DNA of 64,000 nucleotides from a plasmid: NCBI RefSeq assembly GCF_054482525.1, contig NZ_JBTHVG010000003.1; one strand, 5' to 3'. Shown piece by piece: positions 1 to 10,272 of this stretch (position 1 is its first letter; each line of letters starts with the position of its first letter). The notes under the pieces were generated by a model. It saw only the letters and a program-made list of their open reading frames with translations, ran no database searches and was not told where the DNA came from. The position numbers and the translations under genes were made by a program.

Positions 1-2856
1 AGCGACATCAGGGACGATGCATATACATTTACTAATTTAGTATTAAAGCCCTTGGTTGAATATGTTCGCTGGATACATCTTTTGCCAGCTTCCGAAAATC
101 ATCATCATAATGGTATTGGTGGGTTACTTTCTCACAGCCTGGAAGTGGCCATACTCTCTTTAAAAAATGCGCATCACTCAGAACTGAGACCAATCGGATA
201 TCAAGATGAAGAAGTAGTCCGTAGAAAAGTATATCTCTATGCTGCGTTTATCTGTGGTTTAGTCCATGATGCCGGAAAGGTTTACGATCTCGATATTGTA
301 AGCCTGAATTTAGCTAGTCCGATCATTTGGACGCCAAGCTCACAAAGTCTTCTTGACTGGGCACGTGAAAATGACGTGGTTGAATACGAAATCCACTGGC
401 GAAAGCGTATTCATAATCAACATAATATCTGGTCCAGCGTTTTCCTTGAGCGAATCCTAAACCCGGTATGTCTTGCATTTTTGGATCGGGTAAATAAAGA
501 ACGTGTTTATTCAAAAATGATCACCGCCCTAAACGTTTATACTGATGGGAATGACTTTTTGTCTAAATGCGTGAGGACCGCTGATTTCTATTCTACTGGT
601 ACAGACCTTAATGTTTTACGTGACCCTATCATGGGTCTGCGTTCTAATGATGCAGCAGCAAGGGCCATTAGTACCATCAAGCACAACTTTACCAGTATCA
701 ATATCAACAATTACAATGCTAAGCCTATGCACATCATTATCGTAAATGGTGAGGTATACCTTAACGAGAACGCATTCCTTGATTTTGTTCTCAATGATTT
801 CGAATTACATAAATATAACTTCCCTCAGGGAGAGGCTGGTAAGACGGTATTGGTAGAATCCCTAGTTCAACGTGGTTACGTCGAGCCCTATGATGATGAG
901 CGTGTCGTTCACTACTTCATTCCGGGTATCTATTCGGAAAACGAAATATCAAACATCTTTAGAAATGGGATAGGGAAACTAGAATTCTATAACCTTCTTA
1001 AGCTAAGGTGGATTGGTTTAATCTTTGATTCCTATAAAATCCCTGACTCAGTGCCGGGTCTTTTTAGCGTTAATGCCAATAAAGACTTTATTTACATTGA
1101 CGAGCAAAAAACAGTTACTGAATACAGAAGACCAGTGCCCGGTCGGGACGCTATAACTAAAATTACTGATACTGTTGAGACGGCTGTTCTTAAGGTTAAT
1201 GATTTAGGCCGCTCCACTGCCTCTATTGATGTTGATATACATTCTAAGAAAAATGAAGGCTCATCCGACGATTTTGAGAAGAAAGCCGAAAGTGATAATG
1301 AAATTGATAATGACACGCAGATAGTTAAATCTGAGGGTGAGGAAGCAGCTGATCCTGTCATTCCTGATATAGAAGAAAGTGAAGATGAATCGGCAAAGGA
1401 CACGGAATCCCATGTCCTGGTCAACCAACTTCATGAACTCCTTTTAAGCGCTCCACTTTCCAATGACTATATAGTGTGTGTAGATGCTGTCCCCTACCTC
1501 AACATAGATGCCACTATGGCATTGCTGCCGGGATTAGATGAAAAAGCATTTAGTGAAGAGCCCTATTTCCAACTGACATTCAGAGAAGGCTCTCTCGATG
1601 GAATGTGGATAGTAAGGGACATTGACGATCTGCGTTTAGTCCAGCTCGGCGATAACTGCGCCGGGTTCCAGCTCACCTATCATGAGCCAAGAAGGCCAAC
1701 AACTTTAAAGTCACTTTTCAATACTTCTATGTATCAGGCATTAGTGATTAATGATGAGTCTTCTGTTGAAAACTCTGCCCCACGTCCAAAGCAAACGCTT
1801 GAGCTGCCTCCCCCACGTGTAAATGCAGTCGAAGAACATTCTGGCGACGTGGAATATCATGGAACCGATAGTGCATCCGCGACTGGTCCGCTGAAAACTG
1901 AGGCTGTGGAATATGAACATTATCAACATCTTTTTGAGGAAGAAGATGAAGAGCATGAGATCATTGATTATACCGATTTCACACAGCTTAGTGTTTCTCG
2001 GCCAGAAGTCGGTAGTTGTGCAACAAGCTCTTCGGTCCATAATGAAAAGCTTCTCCCCGAGCCGTCAGAATTACCAGAACTTAACCGAGAACAGAACGCT
2101 GATCCCCAGGGTACGATTGAACGCTCTATGGATGTTTCTGTAGGACAAGAAAACTCAGAACCAGATACTGAGGGTAACTGCCCACCACCAGCTGAAGTTG
2201 TGTATTCCCAGACCGAAGCAGCCGCAACCAGTGTGATGGCAAGTGAAGAGCCCGCCTTACCTCCTGTACTTGAAGAATCAAATGGAGAGCATGCGCCCAC
2301 AGACGCTAAGGGGCATCATCTTTCGCCAGCACTGGCCAGACTGTTCGCCCCAACAGCACCGGTAGAAAAACAAAATCCCAAGCGCAACCGGAATAAATCA
2401 TCGGACAAAGCAGAAGTACAAAAACCAGCATCACCTGTTTCTGGTCACAATCTGAACAGTAAAGTCTTTGCAACTACTGAATCAGACCAAAATGGTGAAT
2501 TCTCGCTTATAAGCGAAGGTGACGTTACAGAGCTTGAATTTGTAGAAATTGCGTCAGTACTGCATCAAATTCTGTCCAAAATGGAGGTGGCGTTTAAAAG
2601 AAAGCGCAAAAACAGATTTATGGTAAGTACTCCTAATACTCTCTATCTGACCCAATCTTGCGTGGAAAAATTTGGGTCGCAGTTAGAGGCTCAAGATCTT
2701 TTCAATAAGCTTCCTCAGTACCTCGTTAATTCTGGTGCTGTGATCAATACAAAATGCCATGCATTTAACATGCCTACTTTGCTGGCCGCATCAGACCGGG
2801 CGAAAGTGGACATTGAACGAATTATCAATAACCTGAAAGAGGCTGGGAACCTATAA
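1..2856 (+). CDS. Conjugative relaxase, MobH family (TraI-like); 5' end lies outside the window
   Basis: Reading frame is open from nt 1 (no stop before the listed ATG at 52). HD-domain motifs HHHNGIGGLLSHSLEV and GLVHDAGK as in MobH relaxases. Long acidic C-terminal region. Stop overlaps the next start (TAATG). Confidence 0.6.
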   Translation, partial: SDIRDDAYTFTNLVLKPLVEYVRWIHLLPASENHHHNGIGGLLSHSLEVAILSLKNAHHSELRPIGYQDEEVVRRKVYLYAAFICGLVHDAGKVYDLDIVSLNLASPIIWTPSSQSLLDWARENDVVEYEIHWRKRIHNQHNIWSSVFLERILNPVCLAFLDRVNKERVYSKMITALNVYTDGNDFLSKCVRTADFYSTGTDLNVLRDPIMGLRSNDAAARAISTIKHNFTSININNYNAKPMHIIIVNGEVYLNENAFLDFVLNDFELHKYNFPQGEAGKTVLVESLVQRGYVEPYDDERVVHYFIPGIYSENEISNIFRNGIGKLEFYNLLKLRWIGLIFDSYKIPDSVPGLFSVNANKDFIYIDEQKTVTEYRRPVPGRDAITKITDTVETAVLKVNDLGRSTASIDVDIHSKKNEGSSDDFEKKAESDNEIDNDTQIVKSEGEEAADPVIPDIEESEDESAKDTESHVLVNQLHELLLSAPLSNDYIVCVDAVPYLNIDATMALLPGLDEKAFSEEPYFQLTFREGSLDGMWIVRDIDDLRLVQLGDNCAGFQLTYHEPRRPTTLKSLFNTSMYQALVINDESSVENSAPRPKQTLELPPPRVNAVEEHSGDVEYHGTDSASATGPLKTEAVEYEHYQHLFEEEDEEHEIIDYTDFTQLSVSRPEVGSCATSSSVHNEKLLPEPSELPELNREQNADPQGTIERSMDVSVGQENSEPDTEGNCPPPAEVVYSQTEAAATSVMASEEPALPPVLEESNGEHAPTDAKGHHLSPALARLFAPTAPVEKQNPKRNRNKSSDKAEVQKPASPVSGHNLNSKVFATTESDQNGEFSLISEGDVTELEFVEIASVLHQILSKMEVAFKRKRKNRFMVSTPNTLYLTQSCVEKFGSQLEAQDLFNKLPQYLVNSGAVINTKCHAFNMPTLLAASDRAKVDIERIINNLKEAGNL

Positions 2857-4940
2857 TGTCAGATTCGAAGAGGACTAACCTCCATGCACAAGAGAATTTT
2901 TATCGGCCTATTCTTGAGTATCGTAGTGCCTCAATACTTTTGATTTGTTCGGTTTCTATGCTTTATATGGGACTTTCTTCAGACGGACTGGACATCGCCC
3001 CAATAGTTCTGTTCACCTCAATATTGCTTTTTTTGCTGTGCCTTTATCGTTGCAAAACAGCAGCGCCATTCTTGATGGCTCATTGGCGTGTATTCAAGCG
3101 ACATTTCATGTTCGTTAGTCTTGATTCACTGCGTGTAATTAACAAAAGTAACTTTTTCTCCAATGAGCGAAAGTATCGTCAACTGGTTCAGGATTATCAA
3201 AATAAAAATAAGGATATACCCGAGCGAAAGTCCTATTTTTGTGATGGGTTTGAGTGGGGCCCGGAACATGCGGATCGGGCATATCAAATAGCTAACCTCT
3301 CCAGTGATAAACGTGAGATCGAGTTGCCATTCGTCTTCAACCCAATTAAGAGACATTTTGACGCAATGGCTCGTAAGATGGGCGGCAGCAATGCAATTTT
3401 TGCTGTGGAACGTAGGGAACCCATATTTGTAACTGAAGACAATTGGTTTGGTCATACTCTGATAACCGGAAACGTGGGTACCGGGAAAACGGTGCTACAG
3501 CGTTTACTAAGCATTAGCATGCTTCATCTTGGTCATGTTGTTGTTGTCATAGATCCAAAGAACGATGCAGAGTGGCGAGAATCTCTAATGGAAGAGGCTA
3601 AGACCCTCGGTCTTCCTTTCTATAAATTTCATCCTGGCCAGCCAGCATCTTCGGTCTGTATTGATGTCTGCAACACCTATACTAATGTTTCTGACCTAAC
3701 ATCTCGTCTTTTGAGCTTGGTGACAGTTCCCGGTGAGGTTAACCCATTCGTTCAGTATGCCAAGGCTCTCGTTTCCAATGTGATTTCCGGGCTTTCTTAC
3801 ATAGAGAAAAAGCCTTCTATTTATCTGATTCACAAGAACATGAAAAGCCACATGTCTATTGTGAATCTTACAGTCAAGGTAATGGAGTCATGTTACGCGA
3901 GATATTATGGTTACGATGTCTGGACCGAAAAAGTTAAGTACGTCGCTAACGAAACCTTGCCGGTACGTTTCAAGCGTCTCGCTGAATGGTTTACGGCTCA
4001 TTTCATGAATTACGAGGGGTCCGAACAAATAGACTGGTTAGATACTGTTTCCCAGCTTATTGATTACTCAATGTCCGACCCAGAGCATATGGCTAAAATG
4101 ACCGCAGGTATTATGCCTGTTTTCGATATGCTCATTGAAAAACCTTTAAATGAGCTTTTATCTCCTAACCCGAACTCAGTATCATCAAGAGAAATTGTAA
4201 CAAGCGAAGGGATGTTCAGCACTGGCGGGGTGCTATACATTTCGCTTGATGGCCTTTCAAACCCCGATACAGCAGCTGCTATTTCTCAATTAATAATGTC
4301 AGATCTGACCTCCTGTGCCGGTAGTCGCTACAACGCTCAGGATGGTGATATGTCAGCTAATTCCAGGATAAGTATTTTTGTTGATGAGGCACACTCAGCC
4401 ATTAACAACCCTATGATTAACCTTCTGGCGCAGGGTCGTGCAGCGAAAATTGCACTGTTTATTTGCACCCAAACCATCTCCGACTTTATTGCTGCGGCAA
4501 GTGTTGAAACTGCCAATCGAATTACGGGGCTCTGCAACAATTATATAAGCTTGCGAGTCAACGATACTCCTACTCAGACGCTTGTTGTAGAGAACTTTGG
4601 TAAGAGTGCGATAAGCACAAATATGGTCACTTATACGACCGGTTCAGAAACATCTTTGCCGCATAATAACTTCTCAGGTTCAATCTCAGAAAGAAAGCAG
4701 ACAACTTTAGAAGAGAGTATTCCAAAGGATCTCTTGGGTCAGGTCCCTATGTTTCACATAGTTGCCAGGCTTCAAGATGGCAGGAAGGTTGTAGGCCAAA
4801 TCCCTATTGCTGTTGCTGAGAAACAAATGAAGCCAAACACAACTCTGTCGGAAATGCTTTTCAAGAAGGCCGGAAAAGTTACTTTGCGTCAAAATCTCGA
4901 TATCAAAAATCTTAATAAATTTCTAAGGAAGTTTCATTGA
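2856..4940 (+). CDS. Type IV coupling protein (TraD/TraG/VirD4-like ATPase)
   Basis: N-terminal transmembrane helices, Walker A GNVGTGKT, Walker B IFVDEAH; 694 aa; translationally coupled to the relaxase gene. Confidence 0.7.
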   Translation: MSDSKRTNLHAQENFYRPILEYRSASILLICSVSMLYMGLSSDGLDIAPIVLFTSILLFLLCLYRCKTAAPFLMAHWRVFKRHFMFVSLDSLRVINKSNFFSNERKYRQLVQDYQNKNKDIPERKSYFCDGFEWGPEHADRAYQIANLSSDKREIELPFVFNPIKRHFDAMARKMGGSNAIFAVERREPIFVTEDNWFGHTLITGNVGTGKTVLQRLLSISMLHLGHVVVVIDPKNDAEWRESLMEEAKTLGLPFYKFHPGQPASSVCIDVCNTYTNVSDLTSRLLSLVTVPGEVNPFVQYAKALVSNVISGLSYIEKKPSIYLIHKNMKSHMSIVNLTVKVMESCYARYYGYDVWTEKVKYVANETLPVRFKRLAEWFTAHFMNYEGSEQIDWLDTVSQLIDYSMSDPEHMAKMTAGIMPVFDMLIEKPLNELLSPNPNSVSSREIVTSEGMFSTGGVLYISLDGLSNPDTAAAISQLIMSDLTSCAGSRYNAQDGDMSANSRISIFVDEAHSAINNPMINLLAQGRAAKIALFICTQTISDFIAAASVETANRITGLCNNYISLRVNDTPTQTLVVENFGKSAISTNMVTYTTGSETSLPHNNFSGSISERKQTTLEESIPKDLLGQVPMFHIVARLQDGRKVVGQIPIAVAEKQMKPNTTLSEMLFKKAGKVTLRQNLDIKNLNKFLRKFH
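3145..3155. promoter_or_regulatory. 13-bp palindrome copy (AAAAGTAACTTTT), inside the coupling-protein CDS
   Basis: Exact core AAAGTAACTTT. Confidence 0.4.
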
Positions 4941-6049
4941 TGGATGAAAAAATTGTCCTGACGCGCCAGCAAATTTTAAGCTCTGCACTAAAAGTCAGCA
5001 AATGTCGCTCGCTCGTAAAAAGGCGCTTTCAGTCTTTGGGTTTAAAGTACGCAGATTCTCAGGAAGTTCGAGATCGGCTAACTAAGATAGAAAAAAACGC
5101 GTTTCATCATTTGGGAAAATTTTGTCAGAGCAACGATATCGATTCCCTATTCTCCATGGCAAATACCCTGTCTGAGCTTTTCCTTTTAAAGGGAGAGTTG
5201 ATCACGACTGATCCCTTTGGGGACCGTGAAACCAGCTACTGGTCGGTACCACAAGGTTCATGCCATGAATGGATTCAATCGCTGACCACCAGCGAAGGTC
5301 CTGAACGTAAATTCGTTAGTTTCCGTATTTCTTTCGATAACAATGACGAACGGTGTGATCTTGTAAAGAAGAATGCCCGTATGCTTGGTTGTTATCTTTT
5401 GCCTTATTTCGTCGATTTGACACGCACGGTGGGCGCATTCATTAATTTGCCAGGTAGTGTCTCTTTTAAACAAGTACAGCGCATCAAACCCCAGATTCAT
5501 CCAGAAACAACACATAGTCATATAGTTACTATTGAGGACTCTCCCTTTCTTTCTCGGTTAAAATTTAAAATCATTACTGCCATAGATCGGCTTCCTGACC
5601 CTAATGGCCTTTATACAAACACCTTTAACAGCATTATTGACCGTGCACTGCTGACTCATCTCAAAACCGAACAGGAAAAAATAGATAGTCCAAGAGTCTG
5701 CAAAAATGTGATTTCGGCTTTTGCCGACTCAACTCTTTCTCTGCCGGTGTTTAACATCGGCCTAAACGAGCAGTACAGATACTGGACGCCGTGGGGCATC
5801 AACTTTATAGAATTTTCCCGCCAGGCCGCAAAAGTAAGGACCGCTGTATTTGTTCCTGATGTGGGACAGATCGAGTGGAAAAGCGCAGAGCATAAAGAAC
5901 TGGCGGAGTTAAGCCTCATCGACCAAATCATACCTAAACAGTACCACTGGCTCCTGGGTATCCCGACGATGTGGCGTAACAACTATTGCAATCACGATCA
6001 GAGGCTAGCTCTTTTTCGTGAATGGAGGGAAAGCAATGGCTGCGGATAA
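4940..6049 (+). CDS. Hypothetical protein co-transcribed with the coupling protein
   Basis: ATG overlaps the upstream stop (TGATG); 369-aa ORF; no recognised motif. Confidence 0.5.
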   Translation: MDEKIVLTRQQILSSALKVSKCRSLVKRRFQSLGLKYADSQEVRDRLTKIEKNAFHHLGKFCQSNDIDSLFSMANTLSELFLLKGELITTDPFGDRETSYWSVPQGSCHEWIQSLTTSEGPERKFVSFRISFDNNDERCDLVKKNARMLGCYLLPYFVDLTRTVGAFINLPGSVSFKQVQRIKPQIHPETTHSHIVTIEDSPFLSRLKFKIITAIDRLPDPNGLYTNTFNSIIDRALLTHLKTEQEKIDSPRVCKNVISAFADSTLSLPVFNIGLNEQYRYWTPWGINFIEFSRQAAKVRTAVFVPDVGQIEWKSAEHKELAELSLIDQIIPKQYHWLLGIPTMWRNNYCNHDQRLALFREWRESNGCG

Positions 6050-6698
6050 TACAAGCAGAGCAGCAGTGCTCAGAACAATGCTTTTTTTTGGCATGGTCAT
6101 TTATTTTGGTTACAGCCTGGCTTTCCAGAATACTGAGGAGCTCAAATATCAGATTACTCAGGAGGTTAATGCAAGCCGGTCCATCATATCAAATGACCGT
6201 TGGAAGTCTGTTATTGCAAATAGTGAAGCGACTTTAAATTGGTTGGTACATGACTATAAGTTAATTGACTATCTGAATACTATTCTGATCCCTGACACCA
6301 AAAAACCAGCCAGAGGTATTAACATTGTTGCTGAAAAATTTACCTCTATTAATTACACTATGGCCAAAAACATACCCCTCTTACTTTATCAGTCCATTTT
6401 CCGGTGGAACTTAATCCTGGGGTGGCTAATCGTTTTTCTGCCCTATCTATTTGCCATGCTAGCAGATGGAATGTACCAGTGGAAATTGAAGAGGTACGTA
6501 TTTGGTAAGGTTACAGTTCAGTTTTATCGTATTTGGTTTCGAGCATTTTGGGTGATCAGTGCTTTAACGATGGTCTACCTGGTCATGCCGAATATGTCAC
6601 TATTTAACAATATCGCTCAACTTTTCCCACCAGTCGCTTTATTGATACTGGGAATTGCATTGAATCGCTTGTGGTCTAACTTTCAAAAACTCATGTAA
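6036..6698 (+). CDS. Hypothetical inner-membrane protein
   Basis: ATG at 6036 preceded by GGAGGG; several hydrophobic helices; overlaps the upstream gene end by 14 nt. Confidence 0.5.
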   Translation: MAADNTSRAAVLRTMLFFGMVIYFGYSLAFQNTEELKYQITQEVNASRSIISNDRWKSVIANSEATLNWLVHDYKLIDYLNTILIPDTKKPARGINIVAEKFTSINYTMAKNIPLLLYQSIFRWNLILGWLIVFLPYLFAMLADGMYQWKLKRYVFGKVTVQFYRIWFRAFWVISALTMVYLVMPNMSLFNNIAQLFPPVALLILGIALNRLWSNFQKLM

Positions 6699-6708
6699 AG
6701 GTGGTCAG

Positions 6709-7890
6709 ATGTTAAGCAGTAAAAAAAGGAAGTCCCCTACAAATATCAAAGAATCGCTCAATGATAACGCTGACCGTTTTTATAAGATGTTTCGCATTCA
6801 TACCACGGCAAAAGTTGCTATGTCGCTAATTGCCATGACCGCTGTAGGGTTTTCTTTCTACAATCTTTACGAACAATGGCAGGACGCTGAAGGGAAGAAA
6901 GACCATATAGCTGTAATACGGATTTCTGGCGAGATGGGTACCGGCTCGGAAACGGGCGATGGAACAGTGATCGCAACAGCTCTTGCCAAAGCTTACAATA
7001 ATCCCCATGCCAAAGCAGTTATTATCGAGGCAGAGTCAGGTGGTGGTGGTCCCTCTGACGCCATCATTATTTACCGCCAGATAAACGCGCTTAAAAACCA
7101 CCAGCCACAGATTGAACGCGTATCAGATGCCGGTTGCTCTCTTTCATCTGTAGCCGCTGACAAGAGTAACAAAACCGGGAGCACAGAACGTGGCGATGAA
7201 GCACGGTCGAAGCAAAACTCCCTCGAAGTACTCTCCAGCGGTACCGGTCGTTTTTTCTCTGATATCGCAGACTCATATAAACCAATCATCGTTAGTGTGA
7301 AAGGCATATGCGCATCCGCATGCTATTACGCGGTATCGCCCGCTGATGCAATTTATGCCGACAGTAATGCCCTGATCGGTTCTATCGGTGTGCGTATGGA
7401 CCACTGGAATCTGTCAGAGATCATGAGCACAGTAGGCGTCAAGAATGAGCCCCTTACGGCCGGTGAGTTCAAAGATGCTCTTGACCCCTTCCACCCATTG
7501 TCCGATTCAACGAGGGAGTTCATGCAGAAGGAGATCCTGAACACGATGCATGAAAAATTTATAACTGATGTTGAACTTGGACGGGGTAAAAAGCTTCTCT
7601 CGCGTCATGATGCCGATGCTGTTTCTCTCTATTCAGGCCGTGTATGGCCAACACCTCAGGCAGTTAAGTACGGCCTGGTGGATGGAGATCTTACGTCAGT
7701 AGAGATCCGTACACGTCTTTCAAAAATGTACTCCACTGACACGTTCAAAAACTACAATGAGCCTCATCGTAATCTCCGTTCTGCACTCGGCATGCTGATG
7801 AGCCTGTCTTCAAATATTGAGAGCCTTACCGGTACCACTACCCGCTTGGTAGAATCTGTTAATGCCACCAGCTACCCCTCTGTGAGGTAA
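6709..7890 (+). CDS. S49-family peptidase (SppA-like), membrane anchored
   Basis: N-terminal transmembrane segment; ASACYYAVSPADAIYA and LIGSIGV resemble the S49/SppA catalytic core. Confidence 0.55.
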   Translation: MLSSKKRKSPTNIKESLNDNADRFYKMFRIHTTAKVAMSLIAMTAVGFSFYNLYEQWQDAEGKKDHIAVIRISGEMGTGSETGDGTVIATALAKAYNNPHAKAVIIEAESGGGGPSDAIIIYRQINALKNHQPQIERVSDAGCSLSSVAADKSNKTGSTERGDEARSKQNSLEVLSSGTGRFFSDIADSYKPIIVSVKGICASACYYAVSPADAIYADSNALIGSIGVRMDHWNLSEIMSTVGVKNEPLTAGEFKDALDPFHPLSDSTREFMQKEILNTMHEKFITDVELGRGKKLLSRHDADAVSLYSGRVWPTPQAVKYGLVDGDLTSVEIRTRLSKMYSTDTFKNYNEPHRNLRSALGMLMSLSSNIESLTGTTTRLVESVNATSYPSVR

Positions 7891-7891
7891 C

Positions 7892-8623
7892 ATGGATGCT
7901 TTCAATCTGCTGTGGAGCATTACGGGGGTAGCTTTCATTATCCTTATTTTCGTCGTGTTGCTGTGTCTGTTGGGTTTTATGACCTCTGCCATAGCGGAAC
8001 GGCGGACTGCAAAGGCAATTGAATCTGGGCTTCCTGAAGAAGCTCAGGGGCTACTTAGTGATCTCACCTTTCAGTTGTCGGCTCATAGCACTACTCAGGT
8101 TGATCACATTCTCGTAGCCCCACATGGTATATACGTCATAGAGCAGAAAAACTACGTAGGCAAGCTCTACGGTACTCTGGAGGAAAGCCACTGGCGGAAA
8201 TGGACTCAGTCCCGAACCCTCAAGTTGCAGAACCCGTTTAAGCAAAACCAGGGGCACATCAGGGCTATTCAGTCTGCTCTTAAGGCTAGAGAACTGGAAT
8301 GTATCAATGTCGTCATCATAAACGGACGTTGTAAGTTTGATGGCATCAAGCCGGAATGGTTATGTATGGGGATGGACGATTTTATCCATAAAGTCAAACA
8401 ACGACGAGGGCTACGGTTGTTCACACCGGAGTCTGTTCAGCACATCTGTTCGGTGTTGAAGTCAACAAGGAAGTCGCCAGGGCTCTATACGGACCTTACT
8501 CATATTCACAACATAACGACAAAGTACAAAGCCCCGATGAAATTCGAGCAACGAGTAACATACATTCTGCTCAACTTTATCCATTATCTGTGGGCAAGTC
8601 TGTTCACTAAGCAGAAGCCTTAG
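7892..8623 (+). CDS. NERD-domain (nuclease-related) protein with N-terminal transmembrane helix
   Basis: Starts 2 nt after the previous stop; N-terminal hydrophobic helix; HILVAPHGIYVIEQKNY region resembles the NERD core. Confidence 0.5.
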   Translation: MDAFNLLWSITGVAFIILIFVVLLCLLGFMTSAIAERRTAKAIESGLPEEAQGLLSDLTFQLSAHSTTQVDHILVAPHGIYVIEQKNYVGKLYGTLEESHWRKWTQSRTLKLQNPFKQNQGHIRAIQSALKARELECINVVIINGRCKFDGIKPEWLCMGMDDFIHKVKQRRGLRLFTPESVQHICSVLKSTRKSPGLYTDLTHIHNITTKYKAPMKFEQRVTYILLNFIHYLWASLFTKQKP

Positions 8624-8658
8624 CGCTCTATCATTGGTAAGGCTGTAAAATGTCTGCA

Positions 8659-8695
8659 AAAGGCCCCATCGGTAAATTGTTGGGGCTTTTTCTTT
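8659..8695 (+). terminator. Rho-independent terminator ending the relaxase operon
   Basis: GC stem ggcccca...tggggc followed by a T tract ctttttcttt, about 40 nt after the NERD stop. Confidence 0.55.
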
Positions 8696-8909
8696 GCGTA
8701 GTTCTGATACGGTTTATCCTGTGGAGCATTATGGCCACCAGCCAGCTGGTGACTGGCCAACGCTTTGTATGACGTAGCCTACTCAGGGCAGGCTATTTTA
8801 GAGGGACCGATTTTTATCCGGGCTAATTTAGAAAGAGATAATTTGAACTTAGGCGGGCTGACCACCAGCAGAGAGGTAAATCACTAGCCGGTGATATTGA
8901 CAGAAGTCG

Positions 8910-9272
8910 TCAGGGGTTTAACGCCGGAATATTTTGCCAGGCCTCCTGCAAGGTCTGCAAGACTTCTACAAGTGATAGTGACGGCCACAGGACTGTTTCC
9001 GTCATTATCACTCCAGGTGGCTCGCACTCTACTGGTACCAGAATTAAAACAACACGAGTTCCTTTTACCTGGTAGGCAAGGTTTACTGCCGGTTGGCGGT
9101 AGGAGGCCAGTACACCCTCACCATATTGAGCAGGGTTACTTGCCCAGTTCCGCACCATTGCATACACCTGAGGCATATACCGACTATCCAGATCCCCTTT
9201 GGGCCGTCTGAACGGCACGATTTCTTCTGAGCGGTAGGTGGTCGTTGTTGTATTGGTTGTCATCTTTGTCAC
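8910..9272 (-). CDS. Hypothetical protein
   Basis: 120-aa ORF; first gene of the minus-strand block. Confidence 0.4.
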   Translation of the reverse strand: MTKMTTNTTTTTYRSEEIVPFRRPKGDLDSRYMPQVYAMVRNWASNPAQYGEGVLASYRQPAVNLAYQVKGTRVVLILVPVECEPPGVIMTETVLWPSLSLVEVLQTLQEAWQNIPALNP

Positions 9273-9328
9273 CTCCCCTGTTCGTCCATTTAGAGTTTTA
9301 AGCTGCTTTACACATCACACTCAACTGA

Positions 9329-9613
9329 TTATTTAAGCTGGTCATCGTCTCTGGCCAGCATAGCCCAACCATTCGACTGGTTTTCGCGGGAGTAAGGATT
9401 CATTTCAAAATAACTATCTACCGCGTCGCTGTCCGCAACAGAACTGTTGTTAGCTCTCTTTGAACCCTGAACCACTACAGCATCAACCTCTGCGGCTTTC
9501 CCGTTGCGCTGTACCAGGATTTTAACCGTCTTGGGCTTACGTCTTGCGAGCAGTTTGTTGGCGATAAAAAGCACAACAATCCAGGCCAAAAGCACGTATA
9601 AAAATTTATTCAT
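9329..9613 (-). CDS. Small membrane protein
   Basis: AGGAGG 5 nt upstream of ATG; one N-terminal transmembrane helix. Confidence 0.5.
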   Translation of the reverse strand: MNKFLYVLLAWIVVLFIANKLLARRKPKTVKILVQRNGKAAEVDAVVVQGSKRANNSSVADSDAVDSYFEMNPYSRENQSNGWAMLARDDDQLK

Positions 9614-9776
9614 AATGCCCTCCTTTGTATGTGATTATTATACCTGCTTCCATTGCAGGCCAAACAGGTTCGGTGTATGAAAAATAGACTTCTCTCCGGC
9701 GTATAGCAATCTACTTACTGATCTGTTTTCGTATCAAACTGTATGGCATAACCGAGGGGCGTACGTGGTGAGTCAG

Positions 9777-9787
9777 AAAGTTACTTT
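9777..9787. promoter_or_regulatory. Palindrome copy AAAGTTACTTT followed by TCCG
   Basis: Intergenic, about 165 nt upstream of the gene starting at 9613. Confidence 0.5.
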
Positions 9788-9969
9788 TCCGTAATAGTTA
9801 ATTTCAGATCCTTCTTCCAGTTACGCTTCAGTATAAAACCGATACCCTCTAATTCAGCATCCTTCACGTTTAATACGCTTCACTTTAAGGCAGGGCTTTT
9901 CGGTTGATATGAATTCTTTTTCCGGTTGCTGGACATGGGTTTCATCCTGATAGTTAAAATTGCAGGCTA

Positions 9970-10272
9970 TCAGTCACCACCACCACCTCCTCCTCCTCCT
10001 CCTCCACCGCCACCATCACAACCACCAGCTATGCTATTTTCACCATTACAATCACCTCCGAGGGGGTTCAAATGGCTGCTCCCCTGTAGATGGTGTCCTT
10101 GCCAGATCGAACCCGAACCAGCGCCTCCTGAGCGTCTTTGCTTGCCCTGAGGCAATTGTGCAGGCTCACCAGCACCGGCGGTCCCAAAAATGTCCCGGGC
10201 AATTTTATAAAGAAGGTAAAAAGGTACGCCCAGCATCATAAAAAAGATTCCTGAAAATATTACACGTTCCAT
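9970..10272 (-). CDS. Small membrane protein with C-terminal poly-glycine tail
   Basis: AGGAG 8 nt upstream of ATG; N-terminal helix; the last ~14 residues are Gly, encoded by the (CCN)n tract. Confidence 0.4.
   Translation of the reverse strand: MERVIFSGIFFMMLGVPFYLLYKIARDIFGTAGAGEPAQLPQGKQRRSGGAGSGSIWQGHHLQGSSHLNPLGGDCNGENSIAGGCDGGGGGGGGGGGGGD
9975..10028. repeat. Trinucleotide (CCN)n simple-sequence tract
   Basis: caccaccaccacctcctcctcctcctcctccaccgccaccatcac; encodes poly-Gly on the minus strand and poly-Pro on the plus strand. Confidence 0.8.

Noticed and set aside
52-2856. The ATG at 52 as the true start of the relaxase gene
   Set aside because: The frame is open from nt 1 and the HD-domain motifs begin within 20 codons of this ATG, so the gene almost certainly starts upstream of the window.
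9926-10150. Plus-strand poly-proline ORF over the (CCN)n tract
   Set aside because: No RBS, and it runs against the surrounding genes. The minus-strand ORF with AGGAG and a transmembrane helix is the better model.
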